The notes under the pieces are model-generated. The model was not told the origin of the DNA. It saw only the letters and a list, made by a program, of their open reading frames with translations, and ran no database searches. The translations under genes were made by a program, and so were the position numbers. A stretch of DNA of 32,761 nt, taken from a virus (lineage: Duplodnaviria; Caudoviricetes). Location: the IMG/VR virus record IMGVR_UViG_3300026187_000055, positions 1 to 32,761 of that record. One strand, given 5' to 3'. Positions within the stretch are counted from its first letter, which is position 1; every line of letters starts with the position of its first letter. Below, piece by piece: positions 24,652 to 32,761 of the stretch.

Positions 24652-24864
24652 CTAATACACCTTTATTCCATCCTCATTTGGGTTAATTAAAATTGGCTTG
24701 CAATATGTCGTTATGGTCTGGGTGCTTGGGCTTCCTCTTCTTCTTAACTTAGCTGCAAAACTATTGCAGGTGTCTAAATTAAAAAAGCACATAGCTTCGC
24801 GACAACTATCGTTAGCTACTTCAACACCTCCAATGGTCATAATTAATACAAATACATGAGCCAT
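24652..24864 (-). CDS. Hypothetical protein
   Basis: 70 aa with four Cys, directly after the tail fibre gene. Confidence 0.6.
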   Translation of the reverse strand: MAHVFVLIMTIGGVEVANDSCREAMCFFNLDTCNSFAAKLRRRGSPSTQTITTYCKPILINPNEDGIKVY

Positions 24865-24867
24865 TCA

Positions 24868-27800
24868 TCAAACTACCCGCACCTTCAGGTTGTTGCCTGT
24901 CAATGCTGTAATCCTGACCTTATTCTGGGCAGGAGCGTCATAGTCATAATCAGTACCCAGTATCGCGCCTTTATTAAGTACATTCGCATCGTAGTTAATT
25001 GCCACACCATCACTGGATGGAGCCGTAGTACCGCTAGACATGTTAAAGATAATTGCTAAATCTAAATCATTAGCTAGTGTGAAGTGATTAGCATCAGGGA
25101 TAGCGTCCAGTTGGGTTTTGTTCATTTGATTTGTGTAGTTTGTTGTTCCTATTGCGTATTCATTTACATCGTTTCCAGCATCACCGACAACATACATTTT
25201 AGTACCATCGGCGTTAAACGCTAATCCTAGTGGAGATGTCTCTTGCGATGAAACAGAAAAGTTTTGAGAATATGATGCAGTAGAAACATCAAAACCTGTA
25301 GTTAATGTGTATTCGTTTACATCATCTCCCGTATTTCCAAGAATAAACATTTTTGTCCCATCGGTATTAAAAGCTACATCTCTTGGTTCTGTATCTTGGG
25401 AAGCTACTGAAAAGTTTTGAGAGTAAGAAGCAGTAGAAACATCAAATCCAGTAGATAAAGTGTATTCATTTACGTCATCTCCAGTAAGACCAACAACAAA
25501 CATTTTTGTTCCATCAGTGTTAAAGGCTATTCCTGTTGGAAATGTTTCTTGCGTAGATACTGAGAAACTTTGAGAGTAAGAAGCTGTAGACACATCAAAA
25601 CCTGTTGTTAAGTCGTATTCAAATACAGTATCTGCAGCATTACCAACGATAAACATTTTCGTGCCATCAGTGTTGAATTCTAAACCTCTTGGATTTGCTT
25701 CTTGTGCGTTTACAGAAAAGCTCTGAGAATATGTTGCCGTAGAAACATCAAAGCCTGTAGTTAAGTCGTATTCGTTTACATTGTCTGACGTAATACCAAC
25801 AACAAACATTTTCGTGCCGTCAGTGTTGAATGCTATTCCTTCTGGAGACGTTTCTTGTGAATTTACAGAAAAATTTTGTGAATAAGAGGCAGTAGAAATA
25901 TCAAATTTATTTGTAGCAAAAGTTGCACCCGTCATAGCCTCCTGCAAAGCAGCCAGCTCTGCGTTGGTAGTAGCATTCGCCCAAGTCGTAGACGCATAAG
26001 TACCATTAGAGTTGTACTGCCAAGTGCCTGAGTTATTCCTGACTATACTCCTCTCACCATCAGTGCCTTGGGCAATCTTCCACGTTGCCCTGTCATCAGT
26101 AGATACACAGTAATAGATATTGCCATCACCAGCAGCTTCATCTGCGGTCATAGAGTTGATGTCAGTCCAGTAGGTAGAGTTTGTTGAGGTTGTAGTGTGG
26201 ACTGCGTGATAGCCTGTAGGTATTGACGTTGTGCCAATACTGTATTCATGCACAGAATCAGAAGACGTTCCAATAACATACATTTTTGAACCATCACTAT
26301 TAAAACGCAAACATTGAGGATTAGTATCTTTTGATGTTACTGAAAAACTTTGGTTAAACGTCATAGATGTTAAATTAAACGCTGAACCTAAATTGTATTC
26401 ATGTATTGAATCATTTTGTGAACCAATAAAATAAAATTTAGTTCCATCTGAATTAAACGCCATACCAAAAGGCTCAATATCCTTAGCTGATACGCTTTGC
26501 CCTCTTACATATGTTAATGACGTTATATCGTATGCAGTTGAAGCAGAAAACTCATACACCATATCTCCTGTTTCACCAATAACAAACGCTTTGGTTCCAT
26601 CATTATTCCAAGCCATATCTGTAGGCGTTGTTTCTATACCTGATAAAGCAAACCTATCATTGTATGTTGCAGTAGATATATCAAACGCAGTTGTTAACGT
26701 GTATTCATTTAAATCACTGCCTGTTCTTCCTACTAAATACAACTTAGTACCATCATTATTCCACGTTATTCCTTGAGGCTCTGTATCTTGCGGGCCTACA
26801 TTTAGGCTTACAGAGTCATAAGATGCGGTAGATACATCAAACCCAGTTGTTAATGTGTACTGATAAACATTATCTGTTGCTGAACCAACCGTATACATCT
26901 TGGTTCCATCATTATTAAAAGCCATTCCTCTAGGAAGACCATCTTCATTAGATGCATCAAAACTTTGGCTAAATGATGCTGTTGATATGTCATAAGTATT
27001 TATCTGACTTTTACTCAGCTCCAAGTCACCATCAGTCGTGTTAAACACAACGCCATACATCTCCCAAGAGCCTGAAGCTACTTGAGCGTATGAAGTGGGT
27101 GCTGTGGTTTCAGAATATGCGCCAGCAGTAGAAGTGAGAATAAACACACCGCTGTTAGCTTCAATGGTCTTGCCTACGTCAGCAGATGCGAATGAGCCTG
27201 TGCCTAGCAAAAAACTGCCATAAGGCATTGAATACTGAAAGACCGTATTGTTAGCTCCACCAGCAATATAAAGGTTTCCATCAGATGTTATATACATCCC
27301 ATTTGGCTGAGTATCTTGAGAAGACAAACTAAATGACTTGGAATCATAGCTTGCTGTGCTTATATCGTATGCCGTAGACAAACTGTATTGATACAAAGAA
27401 TCGGAAGCGTTATCAGCAATAATCATTACAGAACCACTTGCTAAAAATGCTAAATTTTTTGGCTGAGTTGCTTCGGATGGGTCATAAAAAGTGTCATAAG
27501 ACGCTGTACTTACATCATAAGCAGTAGATAATGTGTATTGATAAAAACTGTTATTAGTAAAACCTACAATGTACATTTTTGTTCCATCATTATTCATGTG
27601 AACAAATGTAGGTTGCGTCTCTTGGCTGTTTACATTATAACTTTTTGATTCATAAGATGCTGTAGATATATCCCAAGCTGTTGATAAAGCATATTGAAAA
27701 ACAGTATCGTTCCCGTATCCAAGAACATACATTTTAGTTCCATCAGGCTTAAAGAATAGACCGCTTGGGACTGTATTTCCTTCTGGTGTAACACTAAAAC

Positions 27801-29538
27801 TTACAGAGTCATAGGTTGCTGTAGAAACGTCATAAGCAGTAGATAGTGTATACTGCAAAACAGCATCATTTTGATAGCCTACAAGATACATTTTTGTGCC
27901 ATCATCTTTTAAGAAAATACCTTGCAAACCATTTTCTGTTGATGCCACATTAACACTTTTATTTGCATAGCTTGTACTTGATGTATCAGGAGCAAAATCC
28001 AAAGTAGTAGCAGAAGCAGAGTCCAAACGTGTGTAGTTCTCAGTAGTAGAATTAACGTCCCAAGTGTTATTGGTTACACCAGTTTGAGAGACTTCTTTAG
28101 TCACGCCCACAACAGGAGACAGCACGTTACCTGACAAAGTAATTGTGGCTACCTCATCTGCTACAAATGTCTTGGTTAAAGTTCCAGCGGTAACAGAAAT
28201 ATTATCTAGTTGTGTTTGAATATTAGACGTAACGCCATCAACGTAGTTAAGCTCTGCTGTAGTTGCAGTAACCCCATCAAGGATATTTAATTCAGCAGCA
28301 GTAGCAGTAACATCAGATATTTGACTAGCTGTAATACTGGTTGCTACTGGAGCTACATCAGTCCAGGCTGAACCTGTATAAACCTTCATCTTGTTATCAG
28401 ATGAATTAAAGTAAGTAGCACCAGTAACTAAAGCATCACCGTCATTGTCTAATGTTGGGTCACTAGCCTTAGCGCCTAAATATCTATCATCAAAAGAATC
28501 ATAACTAGCAGCCGCATTAGTTGCAGAAGTTGCGGCATTGCTTTCAGAAGTCGCTGCATTTGAAGCTGACGTTGCAGCATTTGATTCAGAAGTTGCTGCA
28601 TTTGCCGCACTGGTAGCAGCAGAGGTTGCACTGCCAAGAATAGAATCTACATAGCCCTTTCTAGTTAAATCATCATCAGTAGATGGTGTAGCAGTTGACG
28701 TAGCTTTGTTTGAACCTAATACGATATTGCCTGTCATTGTGCCACCAGCTAAAGGAAGCATAGTGTCGGCATAGGCTTTAGTAGAAGCGTCTGTACCCGC
28801 TGTAGGAGTACCAAGACCTGTAATCTTGTTCGTACCCATAGCAATAGCACCAGACATAGTGCCACCCGCTAATGGGAGTTTAGTTGCAATAGAGTTAGTT
28901 ACAGTAGTGTTAAAAGCTGCGTCATCATTCAAAGCAGCCGCTAACTCATTCAGCGTATCTAGCGCAGCAGGCGCACCACCAACTAAGTTAGTTACTTGAG
29001 TATCTACATAACCCTTAGTTGCAGCGTCAGTATCAGAAGACGGGGCCGCTAAGTTAGTTAAGACAGTATCTGTAAAGTCTACAGTTCCGTTAACTACCAA
29101 ATCGTTAACAGTGGTAGTACCACTTGAAGCAGTTAAGTTACCTGTTACGTCACCCGTAACATTACCAGTAACATTACCTGTCACGTTACCAGTTACATTT
29201 CCTGTTAACGCACCAGCAAAATTCGTATTAGCGGTAATTAAAGTACCAGTAATAGCCTGGGGCGTAGAGCCACCAACCACTACTCCGTTTACTGTACCGC
29301 CTGTTAATACAGCATTAGAAGAGTTAAGACTTGAGTTAGCGGTAACTGTACCAGTAGCTGTAATAGCACCAGTTGTAATTGAAGATGGATTAGTTCCAAT
29401 TTCAATAATTGTCGCACCTGAGTCCTCCGTAAAGAGTCTCTTGTCTGCGGTATTTACAGCAAGCTCACCTTGAACTAAGTCTGAAGCCAAAGGTACGGCT
29501 GACGAAGTTGAAGAAAACTTAGTAATAATTGTTGCCAT
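24868..29538 (-). CDS. Tail fibre / receptor-binding protein with three beta-propeller-like repeat blocks
   Basis: N-terminal GELAVNTADKRLF, TGNV repeats, DAATKGYVD, LDTLNELAAAL, LPLAGGTM, SAANAATSE repeats, then ~50-aa repeats FNxDGTKMFVVG...VNEYxLxTxFDVSTASY. Confidence 0.85.
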   Translation of the reverse strand: MATIITKFSSTSSAVPLASDLVQGELAVNTADKRLFTEDSGATIIEIGTNPSSITTGAITATGTVTANSSLNSSNAVLTGGTVNGVVVGGSTPQAITGTLITANTNFAGALTGNVTGNVTGNVTGNVTGDVTGNLTASSGTTTVNDLVVNGTVDFTDTVLTNLAAPSSDTDAATKGYVDTQVTNLVGGAPAALDTLNELAAALNDDAAFNTTVTNSIATKLPLAGGTMSGAIAMGTNKITGLGTPTAGTDASTKAYADTMLPLAGGTMTGNIVLGSNKATSTATPSTDDDLTRKGYVDSILGSATSAATSAANAATSESNAATSASNAATSESNAATSATNAAASYDSFDDRYLGAKASDPTLDNDGDALVTGATYFNSSDNKMKVYTGSAWTDVAPVATSITASQISDVTATAAELNILDGVTATTAELNYVDGVTSNIQTQLDNISVTAGTLTKTFVADEVATITLSGNVLSPVVGVTKEVSQTGVTNNTWDVNSTTENYTRLDSASATTLDFAPDTSSTSYANKSVNVASTENGLQGIFLKDDGTKMYLVGYQNDAVLQYTLSTAYDVSTATYDSVSFSVTPEGNTVPSGLFFKPDGTKMYVLGYGNDTVFQYALSTAWDISTASYESKSYNVNSQETQPTFVHMNNDGTKMYIVGFTNNSFYQYTLSTAYDVSTASYDTFYDPSEATQPKNLAFLASGSVMIIADNASDSLYQYSLSTAYDISTASYDSKSFSLSSQDTQPNGMYITSDGNLYIAGGANNTVFQYSMPYGSFLLGTGSFASADVGKTIEANSGVFILTSTAGAYSETTAPTSYAQVASGSWEMYGVVFNTTDGDLELSKSQINTYDISTASFSQSFDASNEDGLPRGMAFNNDGTKMYTVGSATDNVYQYTLTTGFDVSTASYDSVSLNVGPQDTEPQGITWNNDGTKLYLVGRTGSDLNEYTLTTAFDISTATYNDRFALSGIETTPTDMAWNNDGTKAFVIGETGDMVYEFSASTAYDITSLTYVRGQSVSAKDIEPFGMAFNSDGTKFYFIGSQNDSIHEYNLGSAFNLTSMTFNQSFSVTSKDTNPQCLRFNSDGSKMYVIGTSSDSVHEYSIGTTSIPTGYHAVHTTTSTNSTYWTDINSMTADEAAGDGNIYYCVSTDDRATWKIAQGTDGERSIVRNNSGTWQYNSNGTYASTTWANATTNAELAALQEAMTGATFATNKFDISTASYSQNFSVNSQETSPEGIAFNTDGTKMFVVGITSDNVNEYDLTTGFDVSTATYSQSFSVNAQEANPRGLEFNTDGTKMFIVGNAADTVFEYDLTTGFDVSTASYSQSFSVSTQETFPTGIAFNTDGTKMFVVGLTGDDVNEYTLSTGFDVSTASYSQNFSVASQDTEPRDVAFNTDGTKMFILGNTGDDVNEYTLTTGFDVSTASYSQNFSVSSQETSPLGLAFNADGTKMYVVGDAGNDVNEYAIGTTNYTNQMNKTQLDAIPDANHFTLANDLDLAIIFNMSSGTTAPSSDGVAINYDANVLNKGAILGTDYDYDAPAQNKVRITALTGNNLKVRVV

Positions 29539-29543
29539 CTATT

Positions 29544-29828
29544 TCACCACTTAACTTTATCTGCCCAGTACGCTGCGGAACACTTACCTTTTGCTATGTT
29601 CTTAGCATGACGCGCTTTAAAAGACTTCCTCCTCGCCTTTTCCTTTTCTGTCTTTGGGTTTTTGCCAGCGCCTGATACACCCTGCTGACCAAACCTAATT
29701 GTCTTAATGCTTCCATCCCCACACTTGGCTACAACAACGTGGCTTTTAGTAGGGTGATTAGGAGTCCTCTTAGGTTTGTTAAAACCAGAGACACCTGCTC
29801 TTGCTAATCTTGGGTCTTTCTTTTTCAT
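29544..29828 (-). CDS. Small basic hypothetical protein
   Basis: 94 aa, Lys/Arg-rich (NKPKRTPNHPTKSHVVVAK...RFGQQG...SFKARH). Lies between the capsid and tail fibre genes. Confidence 0.8.
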   Translation of the reverse strand: MKKKDPRLARAGVSGFNKPKRTPNHPTKSHVVVAKCGDGSIKTIRFGQQGVSGAGKNPKTEKEKARRKSFKARHAKNIAKGKCSAAYWADKVKW

Positions 29829-29831
29829 AAT

Positions 29832-29857
29832 AAGAAGTCAGGGGGCCGAAGCCCCCT
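29832..29857 (-). terminator. Post-capsid hairpin terminator/attenuator
   Basis: AGGGGGC-TTCG-GCCCCCT with a C(UUCG)G loop, followed by a weak U-tail GACUUCUU. Confidence 0.7.
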
Positions 29858-29870
29858 AACCTATCCTAAC

Positions 29871-30875
29871 TTATACGTCAGGGACACAAAGGATGAAGCC
29901 AGCCTCTGGACGATGTGCCTGAACACCATAAAGGGTGTCAGCAGTGTACAGAGTTGACAAATACTCTTGCTTGTACTGAGTTTGTGAGCGAACGCTCATT
30001 TGCTCAGCCAGGACAAGGGCATCTTTGTGGATGAGATAAGCACCGCGAACATCAGCAGTACCAGTACCGTTGGAAGTTGCATCTTCAATGAGAGGGCAGT
30101 TAGAAGAGACATAGATGTCAATTCCATAAACTGAACCAATCAAACCAGACTGGACAGTTGCACCTTCACGGAAGTCAGCAGATACATAACGCTCAGTACC
30201 CATGATTGCAGAACGCAGCGCAGGTGGAATAATAAATGCGCGGTCAGTCATAGGAACATCAGCATCATCCATACGCTTAATCAACGCACGGAAGCCAGCA
30301 TCTGTGAATACGTCTGCTGCTACAACAGTGTCGTCAGTGTAAGCGGTCAGACCATTAGAAGCGTCAACAAAGAACGTGTTTGCACCTTCCCATGCAGTAC
30401 CAGTACAAGTACCAGTAACAGGAACAGTCAGGTCAAAAGTACCACTACCAAAACCAGTACCAGCGCGGAACAGGTCATCATCAACCTGCTTAGCGAGAGC
30501 GTAACCAGCGTCTTCAGTGTAGAACTGACGAAGCGAGGCAAGAGCCTGTACTTCAACAATGTCTTCAATCAGACGAGAATACTCGTAGTGACGGTTAATG
30601 GTAACAGTAGTTTCACTTTCTAGATTAGCCTGCATAGTTACAGCAACAGCTTCTGCCTTAGCATTAGCGGAGCCGCGAGTAGGCTTAGGAAGGTGGATAA
30701 CATCACCCTTGTTGCCAGACATTGTCATTGTCTTAACAAGAGGAGCCATCTTCAGAGATTTTTGATATGCAGCAATAACTTCATCAGACCATATTTCAGG
30801 TACAAAAGTTGCCGCTGCGGTTTTGTCTACAGTTGCGTTTGCAGTAAAAAACGCACCAGAAGTTTCACCAGCCAT
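29871..30875 (-). CDS. Major capsid protein
   Basis: FVPEIWSDEVIAAY, GDVIHLP, AGYALAKQVD, GLIGSVYGIDIYVS, DTLYGV. Follows the scaffold gene. Confidence 0.92.
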   Translation of the reverse strand: MAGETSGAFFTANATVDKTAAATFVPEIWSDEVIAAYQKSLKMAPLVKTMTMSGNKGDVIHLPKPTRGSANAKAEAVAVTMQANLESETTVTINRHYEYSRLIEDIVEVQALASLRQFYTEDAGYALAKQVDDDLFRAGTGFGSGTFDLTVPVTGTCTGTAWEGANTFFVDASNGLTAYTDDTVVAADVFTDAGFRALIKRMDDADVPMTDRAFIIPPALRSAIMGTERYVSADFREGATVQSGLIGSVYGIDIYVSSNCPLIEDATSNGTGTADVRGAYLIHKDALVLAEQMSVRSQTQYKQEYLSTLYTADTLYGVQAHRPEAGFILCVPDV

Positions 30876-30887
30876 GTTTAATTTCCT

Positions 30888-31646
30888 TTATCTTACGCGC
30901 TTCTCCGCATAAGCCCTTCTAATCTCAGGCTCCATGCTTTGATAACGCTTAGGGTCAGTCTTCATAAGTTCAATAATATCTGCCCTTCGATAAATCTTTT
31001 TAGATGGGGTTTCAGAACTACCTTTAGCCCCACCAGTAGAAGCTTTCTTAACAGCATCCTTTCTAGCATCTTTCTCGTCTTGAACAGCAGTTTGTGACAT
31101 CTGCTTAATCTGCTTCCATTGAGAAAACAAATTGTCAGCAGCTCTACTGTCATACTGTTGGTCAGCACGAGTTAGAAGCTCAATGCGAATATCATCACTC
31201 TTTACCCAGTTAATAAAATCTGAGCTTTGAATAATCTCTTGCGCGTCTGGATGTTTGTTAATCAACTCCTGCTTAGCTTGGTCTTGTCTAATCCGTAGAG
31301 TATTTTCTTGAGCCTCCCTAATAGCAGGGTGGTTCGCAATCTTACTTTCTACAGCTTTGTCAGGGTCAGCAAAAAAATCTATCTCTTCAGCAGGTTCAGG
31401 TGCTTTTGTTTCCGACTGTTTAAGAATGAAGTTATCTACTACCTTTCGTAATTCTCCAACTTCAGCGCCTTGACTTCCCAATCGGCTTTCAGCTTCTTGG
31501 TGCATCTTAGCTACTTCAGCTATTGTCTTACCTTGGTACATTGGTGCAAGCTCTGCTTCCCCTTCCGAAGTATTTACTTCTTCTTGGACAGGTTCTTCCA
31601 CGCTATTTACTTCATCTACCTCTACTGGGTCAATTAGTGTTGCCAT
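30888..31646 (-). CDS. Capsid scaffolding protein
   Basis: Acidic N-terminus, YQGKT...EVGELRK coiled coil, basic C-terminal AYAEKRVR. Directly upstream of the capsid gene. Confidence 0.85.
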   Translation of the reverse strand: MATLIDPVEVDEVNSVEEPVQEEVNTSEGEAELAPMYQGKTIAEVAKMHQEAESRLGSQGAEVGELRKVVDNFILKQSETKAPEPAEEIDFFADPDKAVESKIANHPAIREAQENTLRIRQDQAKQELINKHPDAQEIIQSSDFINWVKSDDIRIELLTRADQQYDSRAADNLFSQWKQIKQMSQTAVQDEKDARKDAVKKASTGGAKGSSETPSKKIYRRADIIELMKTDPKRYQSMEPEIRRAYAEKRVR

Positions 31647-31687
31647 TATTAAACTCCGTTAAGACCGACTCTAGCTACCCCGAAGGA

Positions 31688-31918
31688 CTATTGTTCGGCT
31701 GCCTTACGTTCTAATGCCATCTTCTGCTCTCTGGAACGAACCCACTTATCTGTTGCACCTGGAAAATGTCCAGAAGCGGGGTCGAGACTACACCTGACAG
31801 CAGGGATGACTCGCGTTGCTACCTCATCACATTGAGGACAATCAATCTGTTTAGTTTCACGTGAAACAAGTTTTTCATTTACATGAGCATACTTGCATAC
31901 AAAATCAAACAGAATCAT
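31688..31918 (-). CDS. FmdB-like zinc-ribbon protein
   Basis: FDFVC..AH...IDCPQC....RVI. Confidence 0.75.
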   Translation of the reverse strand: MILFDFVCKYAHVNEKLVSRETKQIDCPQCDEVATRVIPAVRCSLDPASGHFPGATDKWVRSREQKMALERKAAEQ

Positions 31919-32141
31919 TGCTATCCTCTATATAATGTTCAACGGTAGACTCCATATTAAGCATGAAGGCAAGGATATTTAATTGTCCTTTACGGAAATG
32001 TAAGTCCTCGTTGTCCTTCGTTACTTCTACAGAATTTATTTGGATGGCATTATTTCTAAGCTCATCCATTAATACTTTCCAGCCCTCTGTACGAAACATA
32101 TCTTTAAGAGCTTGGTAATGCTTTTCTTCCTCTCTTTCCAC
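31905..32141 (-). CDS. Hypothetical head-module protein
   Basis: MFRTEGWK...LHFRKGQL. GTG start with GGAG upstream. Confidence 0.75.
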   Translation of the reverse strand: MEREEEKHYQALKDMFRTEGWKVLMDELRNNAIQINSVEVTKDNEDLHFRKGQLNILAFMLNMESTVEHYIEDSNDSV

Positions 32142-32250
32142 CCTTTGACTCCTTATTAGCTTCCTCTAGCTTTTGGATTCTTTCTTCTAAACCTTTAACG
32201 ATTCCATTAATTTGATTTAGAATGTTTTGCATTTCTGTGTTAGTAATCAT
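32104..32250 (-). CDS. 48-aa coiled-coil protein
   Basis: MITNTEMQNILNQINGIVKGLEERIQKLEE... ATGA overlap with the portal stop. Not in the ORF track. Confidence 0.6.
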   Translation of the reverse strand: MITNTEMQNILNQINGIVKGLEERIQKLEEANKESKGGKRGRKALPSS

Positions 32251-32761
32251 TGTGTCAAAGTCTTAGCTGTTTCCAGGTTAAGCCTTCTTTCCTCCAGTAG
32301 TTTGTCAGTTACTTTCATTCGCCTTTCAAACTCTTTGTCATCCTCATTGCCAGCCTTTAAGTTAGTTGCAATAGCCTTAATCCTGTCGTTCTCAAGTTCA
32401 ACAGGAATAGCTTTAGTCTCTTGAGCAATCTTCTCAGCTCTGGCTGTAGATTCAGCCGCCTGCCCGTTAAGAGCGTTAGTCTGAGACTGCTGGAACTGTA
32501 GCTGTACTTGTTGTGCTATTTGAGCTGCTTCCTGTGCCTCAGGATTAGGCTGTGAGGCTTGTTGGATAACCTGAATCAATTGCTCCCTATTGGAGATGTT
32601 CATGTTATCTATAATGGATTGTATTAAAACTGGGTACAGAGGAGAGTCTGAACCCATAGTTTGTAACAGTTGTACTAATTGAGTTACTTCGTATTCCCTA
32701 GCAATAATCCCTAAAGAGGATACGACTTCAAACTTGTAATCGTTAACAGGGTAGATTTCAG
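32247..32761 (-). CDS. Portal protein, C-terminal part (runs off the right edge)
   Basis: Frame open to the edge: ...YPVNDYKFEVVSSLGIIAREYEVTQLVQLLQTM..., then a Q/A-rich helical barrel-like tail as in P22-type portals. Upstream of scaffold and capsid. Confidence 0.85.
   Translation of the reverse strand, partial: EIYPVNDYKFEVVSSLGIIAREYEVTQLVQLLQTMGSDSPLYPVLIQSIIDNMNISNREQLIQVIQQASQPNPEAQEAAQIAQQVQLQFQQSQTNALNGQAAESTARAEKIAQETKAIPVELENDRIKAIATNLKAGNEDDKEFERRMKVTDKLLEERRLNLETAKTLTQ

Noticed and set aside
25150-25900. Tail-fibre repeats as a diversity-generating retroelement TR/VR pair
   Set aside because: No reverse transcriptase is visible, and the repeats are in-frame tandem blades whose differences are not adenine-specific.
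31647-31687. GGGTAGCT shared between the scaffold leader (minus strand), the initiator leader (5143) and positions ~540 and ~6900
   Set aside because: An 8-mer with inconsistent context and orientation, two copies inside coding sequence. Not distinguishable from chance by eye.

Overview
Nearly the whole genome of a tailed dsDNA phage, with a podovirus-like (P22-type) virion module. It is probably marine/aquatic and probably infects a gamma- or betaproteobacterium. The window opens inside terL and closes inside the portal gene, so on a circular map only the terL 3' part, the portal 5' part and anything between them are missing (inference). Minus strand 1-2026: terL, small basic proteins, endolysin and terS. 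Non-coding 2027-2512: an IHF site, seven DnaA boxes, three LexA (SOS) boxes and divergent sigma70 promoters. Plus strand 2513-14031: early small ORFs, a Gp88-like Cys-rich protein, a stand-alone primase Zn finger, a YdaU/DUF1376-type initiator with internal iterons, a DnaB-like helicase, ERF plus lambda-type exonuclease, NinB/NinG, a metallophosphoesterase, DUF3310 and a GT2 glycosyltransferase. Minus strand 14094-32761: three ejection-type proteins, tail tube proteins, a (Gly-Thr)n protein, holins, a 1556-aa beta-propeller tail fibre, capsid, scaffold and portal. I saw no integrase, DNA/RNA polymerase, tRNA, CRISPR array or reverse transcriptase. The most striking signal is the dense array of host DnaA, LexA and IHF sites at the late/early junction, in a phage that appears to have its own separate origin. 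All family assignments come from motif recognition by eye, not from database searches.
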